Positions 1 to 9,467 of a DNA stretch of 64,000 nt are shown in pieces. Within the stretch, counting starts at the first letter, position 1. Every line of letters starts with the position of its first letter. The translations under genes were made by a program, and so were the position numbers. The stretch is from Candidatus Aenigmatarchaeota archaeon (lineage in GTDB: Archaea > Aenigmatarchaeota > Aenigmatarchaeia > PWEA01 > JACQIF01). The notes under the pieces were generated by a model. It did not search any database and was not told where the DNA came from. It saw only the letters and a list, made by a program, of their open reading frames with translations. The stretch covers positions 192,001 through 256,000 of the forward strand of contig CP066684.1 in assembly GCA_016432325.1 (NCBI GenBank), in the 5' to 3' direction.

Positions 1-177
1 GCCCTTCCATAGCAAGTAGCGCTTCAGAAGGTCTTCGTTGACGTACGTTCGTAAATTCCCTATGTGCGCGTAGTCGTAGACCGTCGGACCGCACGTGTAC
101 ATGCGCACGGTCTTCCCCTTCAACGGTTTGAAAATCTCTTTCTTGCGGGAGAGCGTGTTGTAAATCTTGAAAGCCAT
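1..177 (-). CDS. cysS: cysteine--tRNA ligase, N-terminal part (runs off window)
   Basis: Manual translation [18 protein letters not shown]...[20 protein letters not shown]; CGPTVY and HIGN motifs. Confidence 0.93.
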   Translation of the reverse strand, partial: MAFKIYNTLSRKKEIFKPLKGKTVRMYTCGPTVYDYAHIGNLRTYVNEDLLKRYLLWKG

Positions 178-378
178 GGCTACCCACCTCGTTGCGTTAA
201 GAACCGAGATATGGGAGAGGCTAAATAAAAGGCGTTACTTTCCGGCGTGCGTGCAAAGGCCCTCACCGAGCATCTCCATCACGGGACTAGATGCGACGAG
301 CGATTATTTAAACGCAGTCCTGACCGTTTAATCCTCGAATACAACCATTTCACCAAGCCCTCCAAAACGCATAAATAA

Positions 379-1104
379 GTGTCGGGCGCACCTTTTACGA
401 TGGCCATGGTTCCCATAGAAGCGATTGTCACGGAGAAGACGCTTGTAACGCCGTACCTCGGGTTGTTCAAGATAGCGCCAGAAGGTGCTATTCCAAAGTT
501 CGAGCCGGGCCAGTTCATGATGGTGGGCACGGACGTCGACGGCAAGTATCAGAAGCGCGCCTATTCTATCGTGTCGCCGCCGTACGCAATAGGACACGTC
601 GAATTCTGCATAAAGGCCTACGAGGAAGGGAAGGTCGCGAAGCACTTGCTTGCGCTACCAAACGGCGCTCGCGTAAAACTCGAAGGCCCTTACGGCAAGT
701 TCGTCCTGAACGGTTCGCCCAAGGACAAGCTCTTCATCGCGGCCGGCACAGGCATAGCCCCCGTTCTCTCAATGATAAAGACGCTCTTCCACAGGGGCTT
801 TGGCGGACGCGTGCGTCTGTTCTACGGCGCAAGCTATCCGCACACTCTCGTTTACGCGGACGAGCTGCATGCGCACACGAAGAAGCACGATAACTTTACT
901 TTTGTGCCGACGGTAAGCAGGGACGTCCAGGGTTGGGCAGGCGAAAAGGGTCGCGTAGAAACCGTATTGCCGAAACACATAAAAGACGCCGAGAACTTCG
1001 AGGCCTTCATCTGCGGACCTCCTCCGATGGTGCAGAATTCCGCAGCGTACCTGAAGTCAGTGGGCTTCGCCGACGCCGACGTGCACATGGAACAGTACTG
1101 GTAG
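379..1104 (+). CDS. ferredoxin-NADP+ reductase-like FAD/NAD(P)-binding oxidoreductase
   Basis: RAYS, GPYG, AAGTGIAP and CGPP motifs; start may be ATG 400. Confidence 0.85.
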   Translation: MSGAPFTMAMVPIEAIVTEKTLVTPYLGLFKIAPEGAIPKFEPGQFMMVGTDVDGKYQKRAYSIVSPPYAIGHVEFCIKAYEEGKVAKHLLALPNGARVKLEGPYGKFVLNGSPKDKLFIAAGTGIAPVLSMIKTLFHRGFGGRVRLFYGASYPHTLVYADELHAHTKKHDNFTFVPTVSRDVQGWAGEKGRVETVLPKHIKDAENFEAFICGPPPMVQNSAAYLKSVGFADADVHMEQYW

Positions 1105-1815
1105 CTATGCCTTCGCGGGCTGTTTCATCGCATTCCGTATCCTTGCTTTCGTGTCATCTGTGCAACACGCGGCGAAAGCGTTGCGTTCTTCGGTAACAGA
1201 CGCGCCTGCGACGAGTCGCTTGATGTCGCGAACGGCAGGCGGCGCGCGTATCAAGGAGGAAGCCATCTTCGCCGCGCGCTCCATGGGATTCTGCACAACT
1301 TCGTCCACGAGGCCAAGCCACTGCGCCTCTTCTGCGTGCAGTAGGCTTCCCGATACGAGCAGTTTCTTGCCCTTGCTGCTGCCCAAGAGACCGGGGAGCC
1401 TTTTTGTAGTACCAAACGCCGTTGACAGACCGATCCTTACTTCAGGGAAGCCGAATATGGCCGTGTCCGCCGCGATGCGGAAGTCGCACGCCAGCGCGAG
1501 TTCAAGTCCCGGACCCAAAGAATATCCTGTAAGGACTGCGAGCGAAACCTTGTTCGAATTCTCCAGCAGAGAGCATACCTCCTGGCCTAAAGTCGAAATG
1601 TCATAGAAGCCCTGCTTGTCCGCATGGAACAGTTCGTCGGTATCGTATCCAAGAGAAAAGTTCTCCTTGGCCGCGAGCACGATTACGGAACCCTGCGCCT
1701 TGTTGAGGGCGTCTCGCAGTTCGATTAGCAGGCCTGCCGCGATTCTGTTGGAAGGCGATGCGAACGTTATTGTCGTAACTCCGTCGCTCTCAGAGACGAG
1801 AACGTTATCCCCCAT
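1105..1815 (-). CDS. enoyl-CoA hydratase/isomerase (crotonase) family protein
   Basis: FSLGYD, GPGLELALACDFRIA, FPEVRIG. Confidence 0.85.
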   Translation of the reverse strand: MGDNVLVSESDGVTTITFASPSNRIAAGLLIELRDALNKAQGSVIVLAAKENFSLGYDTDELFHADKQGFYDISTLGQEVCSLLENSNKVSLAVLTGYSLGPGLELALACDFRIAADTAIFGFPEVRIGLSTAFGTTKRLPGLLGSSKGKKLLVSGSLLHAEEAQWLGLVDEVVQNPMERAAKMASSLIRAPPAVRDIKRLVAGASVTEERNAFAACCTDDTKARIRNAMKQPAKA

Positions 1816-1845
1816 ACGACGGTTTTGTGCGTTCTGGTATAAAAA

Positions 1846-2688
1846 TCATTCGCCGGCCAGTTTCCTCGCATACGCTATGTTCGCGGCGTGGTCGCGTTTA
1901 TCGTCTTCTGGCGTTTCGAGGATGAACGGAAGCTTGCGCAGCTTCTGATGCGTCAGCACGCCGCGCATGCCGTCGTGGCCTATTTTTCCCAAGCCGATGT
2001 GCTCGTGACGGTCCAGCTTCCCACCGAGCGGTCCTTTTGAGTCGTTCAGGTGTATCGCATGCAAACGATTCAGCCCGATGAGTTCGTCGAACGTTCCCAG
2101 CGTTTCATCAAGCCCTTTCTTCTCTGCGATATTGTAGCCTGCAGCGAACGTGTGGCACGTGTCCAGCAAGATGCCCGTACGCTTGAACTTCGTGTTGTTG
2201 AGTATGTACGCCAGATGCTCAAACTTGTAGCATGTCCACGAACCCATCCCGGCCGTGTTCTCAAGAAGCAAGCCAGCGTGCTTCGACGCGTCGGCGAGAG
2301 CGTCCAGCGCGCGCACGATGTTTTTCAGAGCGGCCTCCTCGCCTGCGCCGCCGTGCGAACCCGGATGCACGCACACCCAAGGAAGGCCCAGACGTTCGGC
2401 CGCTTCGAGCTCCTTCCTCATCATCGCGACAGACGCGTGCCAGAGCTTCGCGTCAGACGAACCGAGATTTACCAGATACGTCGCGTGGGAGATCATCGGA
2501 TATTTCAGAAGCGATTCGACGTTCTTCCTGTACGCGGCCGCGTCTGCGTCCGTGAACCGCGGCGAATCCCACATGCGGGGAGAGTGCGTGAATATCTGGC
2601 CGCAGTTGCCGCCTATATCCTGCTCGCGCTTGGGAGCCTCTGTTATAGAGCCGGCGATGCTCACGTGCGCGCCTATTGGTCGGCTCAT
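1846..2688 (-). CDS. nfo: endonuclease IV (AP endonuclease 2)
   Basis: IGAHVSIAG, HATYLVNL, LENTAG, DTCH, HLNDS, DRHEHIG, ETP. Confidence 0.95.
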   Translation of the reverse strand: MSRPIGAHVSIAGSITEAPKREQDIGGNCGQIFTHSPRMWDSPRFTDADAAAYRKNVESLLKYPMISHATYLVNLGSSDAKLWHASVAMMRKELEAAERLGLPWVCVHPGSHGGAGEEAALKNIVRALDALADASKHAGLLLENTAGMGSWTCYKFEHLAYILNNTKFKRTGILLDTCHTFAAGYNIAEKKGLDETLGTFDELIGLNRLHAIHLNDSKGPLGGKLDRHEHIGLGKIGHDGMRGVLTHQKLRKLPFILETPEDDKRDHAANIAYARKLAGE

Positions 2689-3914
2689 CGGGTAGCCTCC
2701 GGGCGTTTCTTCCCTTTGTCGGACTCTATTTTGAAGATTGCAAGGCTGGCGACAACGTTCGAGATGAATATGACAAGGAACGCCACCTGCAGGAAGACGT
2801 CCTCCCCGCCGAACGTAATTCCAAACGCGGCCGGGTACGCGGCCATCGCGGCCGCGGCAAGACCGTTGGGAAGCATGGCCGTTATGATTTTTCTGTCAGT
2901 GGCGACAGGCGCGAACCTCTCCAGAATCCCGGCAGAGCCATAACGGGCCGCCGCCTTGGAAGCTACTACGAGAAGAGCCATGGCGACGGTGGCGATTGTC
3001 AGCGTGGCTATCTCGAGTATGACGCCCATGAAGACGAAGAAGAAGGTGCGCACGAAGAACGTTATCTCCTCCTGCGCGACCTGCAGCTCCGGTTTTAAGA
3101 TTGCTCGTTCCCCTGTGCCCAACATTCCTTTGAAAAGATAGGAGTTGCCCAGCACGATGCCGAAGACGAGAGCGGCAAACGCGCCGTTGCTGCCCGCGCC
3201 CTCGGTGAAGACGTACAGCAACAGACCCGCGGCGAGAGTCAGGAGATAGTTGTACTTCTCCGTCTTTAGGATGTCCAACGTTTTCAGCCAGAGCGCGCCG
3301 GCGAGCAGCGCGAACAGCGACGATATCGTGAACGCTCCGAAGAAGTCCTGCGCCGCTTCGCTGATTGGCAAGGCGTCGCCTGTGGCTATGAGCTGCAGCA
3401 GAAAGATGGACGATATTATGGTCAGCGAGTCATTGATGGACGATTCAAGGCTCAGTATCGTCCGCGTCTCCTCCCCGATATTTATTCGTCGAACAAGAGA
3501 CATCACTACCGAAGAACTCGTTCCGCCGAGGATTGAACCGAGGAGCAAGCCGTGCAGAAGAGGCCAGCCGAACAGGACGGCCACGCCGGAAACCAGCAGG
3601 ACGCTGCCGACGAACGAGGCGAGCGCGAATAACGTCGCAGGAGCCGCTTCCTGAAGGACCTTCTTGTAGTAGAGGGACATGCCGCCCTCTATCAGCAGTA
3701 TTATCAGGACGAGCGTCCCGAAGAACGGCCCCAAAGCCTTCATGCCGGCCAGCGCGGTCGGACCAAATACGCCGAACACAGGGCCTATCATGAGGCCCAG
3801 CAGCATCAGGATGAGGATGTCCGGTATCTTGTACCGCTCGAAGATTTTAGAGGCGAGGAAACCGACGAATATTATCGCGGCTATGAGGGTAAGAGCCGTG
3901 TTGACGTCGACCAT
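2685..3914 (-). CDS. CPA1/NhaP-type Na+(K+)/H+ antiporter
   Basis: About 12 hydrophobic segments; LESSINDS motif; C-terminal PNGLAAA (PRG-like). Confidence 0.85.
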   Translation of the reverse strand: MVDVNTALTLIAAIIFVGFLASKIFERYKIPDILILMLLGLMIGPVFGVFGPTALAGMKALGPFFGTLVLIILLIEGGMSLYYKKVLQEAAPATLFALASFVGSVLLVSGVAVLFGWPLLHGLLLGSILGGTSSSVVMSLVRRINIGEETRTILSLESSINDSLTIISSIFLLQLIATGDALPISEAAQDFFGAFTISSLFALLAGALWLKTLDILKTEKYNYLLTLAAGLLLYVFTEGAGSNGAFAALVFGIVLGNSYLFKGMLGTGERAILKPELQVAQEEITFFVRTFFFVFMGVILEIATLTIATVAMALLVVASKAAARYGSAGILERFAPVATDRKIITAMLPNGLAAAAMAAYPAAFGITFGGEDVFLQVAFLVIFISNVVASLAIFKIESDKGKKRPEATR

Positions 3915-3947
3915 GCCTTGTAGAAGGGGCCCATGCTATAAAAACGC

Positions 3948-4580
3948 TCAGTACTGCTCCTGCTTGACGACTTCTTCCTTCTGCTCGAGCCAGCGAGTCC
4001 ATTTATCATAGAATCGCTTTGCTATCTCCCTGCCTTTCTTTGACTTTATCTGCTTGTATTCGGCCTCGACCTTCTCGCGGCTCGTGTCTATCAGCATCTC
4101 CTTGGACTGTCCCATCCACAGGCCGACCTCGAACCATATGGGCAGGGTGTTTTCGAGGAACGCGATGCCGTCGGCTTCTACCAGAATCTGGACTTCCTTG
4201 GTGCCGCCTTTCTCGTGCAACTTGATGAACTTCTTCACCCTGTTTATGACGTCCGGCTTTACCTTCTGTTTCCTGAGGAAGTCGGCTGCGATTTCAGCGC
4301 TTTTGTCCGCGAGCGCGAGCTTGTCGAACTGCGGATAACGGTTGTTCTTTATGTACGCGCGGCCGATGTTGTGCAGGAGCGCCGCGACTTCAAGGGCCTC
4401 AGCGTCCATTCCCTTTTCCACGAGTTCTTTCACATGCTCCCTGCATTGCAGGTTGTGGCGGACCATGCCTTCTCCTATGACACGCGGTATCTTGGAGCGG
4501 AAGTCCGAGAACGAGTCGAGCATGAAGTTCTCTGCCTTCTGGACGAGCGCGCTGGACTTGACTACCGGCTTTGGAGGCAT
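3948..4580 (-). CDS. HD-domain-like protein (HD motif reads HN)
   Basis: RH...AALLHNIG...H...ILVEAD spacing typical of HD fold. Confidence 0.6.
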   Translation of the reverse strand: MPPKPVVKSSALVQKAENFMLDSFSDFRSKIPRVIGEGMVRHNLQCREHVKELVEKGMDAEALEVAALLHNIGRAYIKNNRYPQFDKLALADKSAEIAADFLRKQKVKPDVINRVKKFIKLHEKGGTKEVQILVEADGIAFLENTLPIWFEVGLWMGQSKEMLIDTSREKVEAEYKQIKSKKGREIAKRFYDKWTRWLEQKEEVVKQEQY

Positions 4581-4642
4581 TATAACACCGTTACATTGAA
4601 ATGTGCGGGAGACTATTTAAACCCTACGTCAGTAGACGTACC

Positions 4643-5221
4643 ATGCGAACGTTCGTCCTTTACAGCCAGGGCTCCACAGGGACCTTCAATCTCAACGACC
4701 TGCCTTCGTCTGGGCACAGGATTGACACGGTCGCCCGCTGCGTGAACGCCTCGCTGTGGCTGTCGTATGCGCTGCGCCACGACACGCGTTTTTATGTCGT
4801 GCTCAACGGCCCGCCTGACCCGCCGAAGACGCTGCTCTTCGAAGGAGGCGGCCTTGAAGGAGTGACGCCTGACGAACGCAACATAGGCGCGTGGATACTC
4901 AAGGCCAACGCGGTGCCCGTGCGCGGCAAGGATTGGGCGCGCGCGCAGAAAGGCCTGCATGTCTCGAAGAAGAGCTTCCACGAACTCATGCGGGAATTCA
5001 AAGGGTCGCTCTGCTTGCTGAGCGAGAAAGGCAAGGACATACGCACGGTAGAACTGCCTGCGAACCCGGTTTTTGTCCTCGGCGACAGCCTCGACATTCC
5101 GAAAGGCGAATTGAAACTTCTGGACAAATACAAGCCGCTGCGCGTCTCGCTGGGCAAGCGTTCTTATCTCGCGTCGCACTGCATAACGCTCGTCAACAAC
5201 GAGATGGACAGGCGCGGCTAG
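4643..5221 (+). CDS. trmY: tRNA (pseudouridine54-N1)-methyltransferase
   Basis: FNLNDLPSSGHRID, PDERN, FVLGD, SLG..YLASHCI (SPOUT); start moved to MRTFVL. Confidence 0.92.
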   Translation: MRTFVLYSQGSTGTFNLNDLPSSGHRIDTVARCVNASLWLSYALRHDTRFYVVLNGPPDPPKTLLFEGGGLEGVTPDERNIGAWILKANAVPVRGKDWARAQKGLHVSKKSFHELMREFKGSLCLLSEKGKDIRTVELPANPVFVLGDSLDIPKGELKLLDKYKPLRVSLGKRSYLASHCITLVNNEMDRRG

Positions 5222-5916
5222 GCGTATCGTTTGGATTCGGTTACCGCGTCCTCGGCGATTATCTGTAATGCATCGAAAAGTTTTGTTTCCGTGTCGTCCT
5301 GTCTCAAGATAACAGACAGCTCGGTGCAGCCAACTATGACGGCTTCGGCACCCTTTTCTACCATGCTGCCAACGATCTTAAGAAGCGTCTTCTTGTCCTT
5401 TGCCGATTCGTTGCCTCCCATTACGTTGAGTATGACCGCGGTCAGAGCCTTGATATCTTCTTTCGTCGGTGTCATGCAAAAAACCCCTTGTTCCTTCAAA
5501 GCGCTGTCGTACATCTTTGATGCGTAGGCGCTCTCAGACGCGAGGAGGCCTACCTTCTTCAATCCTGCGCGCGATACCCTCTTCGCAGTCTCTTCTGTCA
5601 TATCCAGCACAGGAATGGCTAGATGTTGGCGCAGTTTCATGATAAACGTATGAAGCGTATTGCAGGGGATTATAATGAAGTCTGCGCCCCCTCTCTGCAG
5701 TTTTGTGATGCCCTCGATAAACTCTTTGTAGGCGAGGTCTGCGTCTGTTATTCCTGTCTCGTCTGTTCCTTCGAGGGCCTTAGAGTACAAGACTATATCC
5801 GGGTAGTCGGCGTCTTGGATCGCGTTGTATTCGCGCTGGCATCGTTGTATTATGCGCCTGTAAAGTTCTTCGGTGGCTACGGGTCCCATTCCACCCATTA
5901 TGCCTATGACCTTCAT
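5218..5916 (-). CDS. aspartate/glutamate racemase family protein
   Basis: IGIMGGMGP, catalytic IPCNT and GCTE. Confidence 0.9.
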   Translation of the reverse strand: MKVIGIMGGMGPVATEELYRRIIQRCQREYNAIQDADYPDIVLYSKALEGTDETGITDADLAYKEFIEGITKLQRGGADFIIIPCNTLHTFIMKLRQHLAIPVLDMTEETAKRVSRAGLKKVGLLASESAYASKMYDSALKEQGVFCMTPTKEDIKALTAVILNVMGGNESAKDKKTLLKIVGSMVEKGAEAVIVGCTELSVILRQDDTETKLFDALQIIAEDAVTESKRYA

Positions 5917-5977
5917 GGAGTGAATTGGGAACATTCCTTATTTAAGTCCTGCGCTTCGCATTACAGGCAGTGATTAA

Positions 5978-7213
5978 ATGCAAGATCGTGTCTTACAAAA
6001 GGCAGTTCGCATTCTCGAGCGTCCGGTCTGCGACCACTGTTTGGGACGCCAGTTCGCCCAGCTGCTGAGCGGGCGCACGAACGTCGAGCGCGGCCGCGCG
6101 ATCCGCGACGCCGTGGCGATGGCTCTGGATTCGGAAGAGAACCTGAAGGTCGACATGAGCAACTTCGCCGGATACAGGTTCCACCACAGCGAGCTGAAGA
6201 CTCCCGAAGCGCGCGTCGCGTGCTCTGCCTGCGCGGACGTTTTTGAAGACGTGGAGACGTATGTCAAAAAGGTCGCGCGCGTCCTGACGAAGCTGGATTT
6301 CAACACCTTTTTGGTTGGCACGCAGGTCAGCGAAGAGCTTATAGGCGCCGAGGAAGAGCTCTGGGAGCGCTCTGGAATAGAGTGGTGCGAACCCATCAAG
6401 GGCGAGCTCAACAGAGAAGTGGGTTCGCGCGTCGAGAAGGTCGTCAAAAAGAAGGTGGACTTCAAGAAACCCGACGTGCTCGTGCTCCTGAATCTCGCCA
6501 AGCGGCGCGTCAGCGTCGAGATAAACCCGCTGTGCATCTACGGCGAGTACAACAAACTGAAGCGCGGCATTCCGCAAACAAAATGGCCGTCGGGAAAATA
6601 CAAGATTTCAGTCGAACAGATTATCGCAAAGCCTTTCATGCGCGCTACAGGAGGGACTAACCACAAACTCCACGGCATGGGCCGCGAGGATATCGACGCG
6701 CGATGCCTCGGCTGGAGGCCGTTCATCCTGGAGATTCTAGAACCGAACAAGCGCAACGTGCGCGTCGCGCAGCTCCAGAAAGCCGCCAACAAGGACAAGC
6801 GCATTCGCGTCAGAAACATGGCTTTCATCGATTCGTCGGCGATAGAGCGCCTGAAGCGCGCGCAGCCCGACAAGAGCTATCGCGCGCTGGTCATACTGAA
6901 CAAAACAGTAGCGCCGGCCCGGCTGAAGAAGCTCGCCGTTCTGAACAACAAGGAAATCTACCAGGAGACGCCCACGCGCGTGATGCACAGGCGCGCAGAC
7001 AAGGTCCGCCGACGCGTGGTCAAGGAAGTCAAGTGGCGCCGTCTCGGCCCCAGAAAAATAGAGATACGTGTCCGCGCGCAGGCCGGCACGTACATCAAGG
7101 AACTGATTTCAGGGGACGGCGGGCGCACGTATCCGTCCGTTTCGGAGCTGCTCGGAGTGAAGGCGCGCGTCAAGGAGCTGGACGTTATAGAGATCCACGG
7201 GAAGAAGTTCTAG
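5978..7213 (+). CDS. pus10: tRNA pseudouridine(54/55) synthase Pus10
   Basis: CDHCLGRQFA Zn site, RGIPQTKW, GREDIDAR catalytic motif, GTYIKELISGDGGRT. Confidence 0.95.
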   Translation: MQDRVLQKAVRILERPVCDHCLGRQFAQLLSGRTNVERGRAIRDAVAMALDSEENLKVDMSNFAGYRFHHSELKTPEARVACSACADVFEDVETYVKKVARVLTKLDFNTFLVGTQVSEELIGAEEELWERSGIEWCEPIKGELNREVGSRVEKVVKKKVDFKKPDVLVLLNLAKRRVSVEINPLCIYGEYNKLKRGIPQTKWPSGKYKISVEQIIAKPFMRATGGTNHKLHGMGREDIDARCLGWRPFILEILEPNKRNVRVAQLQKAANKDKRIRVRNMAFIDSSAIERLKRAQPDKSYRALVILNKTVAPARLKKLAVLNNKEIYQETPTRVMHRRADKVRRRVVKEVKWRRLGPRKIEIRVRAQAGTYIKELISGDGGRTYPSVSELLGVKARVKELDVIEIHGKKF

Positions 7214-7246
7214 GCATCTAGCTTCCGCTATTCGTGGTTAACGTGC

Positions 7247-7387
7247 CTAGCCGCCTATCCTGTACATTCCTGTGCCGCAGACGGGGCAGACGCCCTTCGT
7301 GGCCTTCTTGCCGTTCTTCATCGTCACGGCCTTGGCGTCCTTCATTTCGCGCTTCTGCTTGCACTTTACGCAATACGCTTCTGTCAT
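7247..7387 (-). CDS. small Zn-ribbon protein (DUF5679-like), 46 aa
   Basis: Not in ORF track; MTEAYCVKCKQKREMKDAKAVTMKNGKKATKGVCPVCGTGMYRIGG. Confidence 0.85.
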   Translation of the reverse strand: MTEAYCVKCKQKREMKDAKAVTMKNGKKATKGVCPVCGTGMYRIGG

Positions 7388-7496
7388 GGGAAGGGCTTCG
7401 CCGTGGCGGATATAAAGGCGTGAAAAACGACGCTTTTAAATACCTTTTAAATAGGCGACTGTCCATTAGCAAGGCCGTAGTAGGAGTGCTGACGTT

Positions 7497-7778
7497 ATGT
7501 TGAAGACAAAAGGACCGAGACAGGGCACGCGCAACGCTTTCAGGAAGAACATACGGGAGAAAACAACGGTGAACCAGTTCCTGCGCGCGTTCGCGATAGG
7601 CGACCGCGTGGCCATCGGCGTCGAGCCTGCTTCGCACAGGGCCCTGCCGCACAGGCGCTTCTTGGGCAAGGTCGGCATAGTGATAGGCAAGCGCGGAGAC
7701 GCGTATCTTGTTGAAACGAAGACAGGGGACAAGACGAAGAGAATATTCATAACTCCCGAGCACATCAAGAAATGTTAG
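7497..7778 (+). CDS. rpl21e: 50S ribosomal protein L21e
   Basis: GPRQGTR, PHRRFLGKVG, PEHIK; pus10-L21e-rpoF-DUF655 synteny. Confidence 0.93.
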   Translation: MLKTKGPRQGTRNAFRKNIREKTTVNQFLRAFAIGDRVAIGVEPASHRALPHRRFLGKVGIVIGKRGDAYLVETKTGDKTKRIFITPEHIKKC

Positions 7779-7791
7779 GCGGTGCATTCTA

Positions 7792-8115
7792 ATGGCAGTC
7801 CTATCTGAGCGAGCAGTTTCCGCGCCTGAAGCGCGCGCAGTTCTCGAGAAGAAAGCGTCTTCCGAAGGCGCCACGTACGAGCAGAAGATAGCGCTCGAAC
7901 ACCTGAAGAAGCACGTCAAGTTGTCAGCAGAAGACGCGAAAAAGATGTGGGTAGAGCTTGAAAGTGCCGGACGGCTGACGCCCGAACAGATAGCACAGGT
8001 CATAAACGTCCTTCCCCAGAAACCCGAGGAGGTCAAAGCGTTGTTCTCCAAGGACCGCAGCCTCACAGACGAAGAGATTGCCAGGATAATCGAGGCCGTC
8101 AAGAAGTTTGTTTAG
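7792..8115 (+). CDS. rpo4: RNA polymerase subunit Rpo4 (F)
   Basis: YEQKIALEHLKK, INVLP..PEEVKAL; synteny. Confidence 0.88.
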   Translation: MAVLSERAVSAPEARAVLEKKASSEGATYEQKIALEHLKKHVKLSAEDAKKMWVELESAGRLTPEQIAQVINVLPQKPEEVKALFSKDRSLTDEEIARIIEAVKKFV

Positions 8116-8124
8116 GGGTTGTGT

Positions 8125-8688
8125 ATGATGAACGAAAAAGACGAGTGGGCCATAGTTCTTGACTTTCTGCCGCACGGGCACTCGGGGTACGGCAGGCCAG
8201 AGCCTGTTGCAGAGGTTGTGGGAGAGAGGTTCTTCTCGCTCCTCGAAATCGTGCCCAGAGAAGGCGTCGTTCTTACTCTCGGCGACCGCGTGTACATAGG
8301 AGACGGTCCCAGGGACAAGGTGAAGTACGTCAAGCGCGCCCTCAAGCACAGCGACCTGTCGACATCCGCGTCTTCAGAGCTGGAAGAGGTCATCAAGGAC
8401 ATTGTGCGCGAGGCCGAGGAGCGCTTCATTGAATTCTTCAACAACGCGGGCCCTCTCTCCATACGTATGCACTCCCTTGAACTGCTCCCGGGAATGGGCA
8501 AGAAGCACACGTGGGAAGTTCTCGAGGCGCGCAAGGAGAAGCCCTTCGCGTCTTACGAGGACATGAAAGCGCGATGCCCGGCGCTGCCGGAACCGAAGAA
8601 GATGCTGGAAAAAAGGATAATAAAAGAGGTGCGCGGAGAAGACCCTCACCACGCCCTGTTCGTGCGCGCACACGAGATGGAACGATAG
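8125..8688 (+). CDS. DUF655 family nucleic-acid-binding protein
   Basis: VLDFLPHG, FFSLLE, RVYIG, HSLELLPGMGKK. Confidence 0.9.
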   Translation: MMNEKDEWAIVLDFLPHGHSGYGRPEPVAEVVGERFFSLLEIVPREGVVLTLGDRVYIGDGPRDKVKYVKRALKHSDLSTSASSELEEVIKDIVREAEERFIEFFNNAGPLSIRMHSLELLPGMGKKHTWEVLEARKEKPFASYEDMKARCPALPEPKKMLEKRIIKEVRGEDPHHALFVRAHEMER

Positions 8689-8689
8689 T

Positions 8690-8788
8690 TCAGCAGCATC
8701 CGCCTGAGCCGCAATTACAGCTCCCGCCGCATCCCTTGGCTTCGTTCGATTCTTCGGCCTGCTTCTTCTTCTGTTTTTGCGTAGCCAT
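8690..8788 (-). CDS. 32-aa Cys/Gly-rich peptide
   Basis: Not in ORF track; MATQKQKKKQAEESNEAKGCGGSCNCGSGGCC with GGAGGAG SD upstream. Confidence 0.65.
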   Translation of the reverse strand: MATQKQKKKQAEESNEAKGCGGSCNCGSGGCC

Positions 8789-8822
8789 ACGTCTCCTCCC
8801 CATCCGCTTCCTTAAATAACCA

Positions 8823-9443
8823 TTAGCGCACGACGCGCGCTTTCTTCAGGCTTTTTTCTATCAGCGCATCAACGCCGATCTTTTCCTCCTCTTCCAGCAC
8901 GTCGTCCAGCTCGGCCTTGGTGTTCGGATGCTCAGGCCCCAGCGCGTCGCAGTGCTCCGGTCCTGCGGAGATTTCGAACGTCCCTATCTCGCGCGCGACG
9001 CGCACGATGTCGTTCTTCTCGTTCGTCAGCAACGGACGCAGAACCGGCATCGAGACGGCCTGCTCTATGACGCTGAGATTGTATAGCGTCTGGGAAGAGA
9101 CCTGTCCGAGGTTTTCGCCCGTAACAAGAAACGTGCACTTCTCCTTCGCGGCCAAACGCTCGGCCACGCGCAGCATGAGTCTCTTCTGCAATACGAAATA
9201 CAGGCTGTGTTGCGCTTCAGACGCGAGCTTGGCGAAGGCGTCGTTGACGTCTACGACGTACAGGCGGACGCCGAGTTTCTTTGCAAGGCGTTTCGTCTTG
9301 TCCGTGGGCTCTTTGGACGTGAACGCTTCGTGAGCGAAATGAACGGCCGTGAGCGCGTAGCCCTTTCTCAGCATCGCGTGCGCGGCCACAGGAGAGTCTA
9401 TTCCGCCGCTCAGGAGGACGAGTCCGCGGTCTTTCTTTTGCAT
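8823..9443 (-). CDS. thiI: ThiI-like PP-loop ATPase (s4U synthase catalytic domain, no THUMP)
   Basis: LLSGGIDSPVA, GENLGQVSSQTL, LRPL, GTFEIS. Confidence 0.8.
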   Translation of the reverse strand: MQKKDRGLVLLSGGIDSPVAAHAMLRKGYALTAVHFAHEAFTSKEPTDKTKRLAKKLGVRLYVVDVNDAFAKLASEAQHSLYFVLQKRLMLRVAERLAAKEKCTFLVTGENLGQVSSQTLYNLSVIEQAVSMPVLRPLLTNEKNDIVRVAREIGTFEISAGPEHCDALGPEHPNTKAELDDVLEEEEKIGVDALIEKSLKKARVVR

Positions 9444-9467
9444 AGGAAGAACTGTCAGGAGGCCTTC

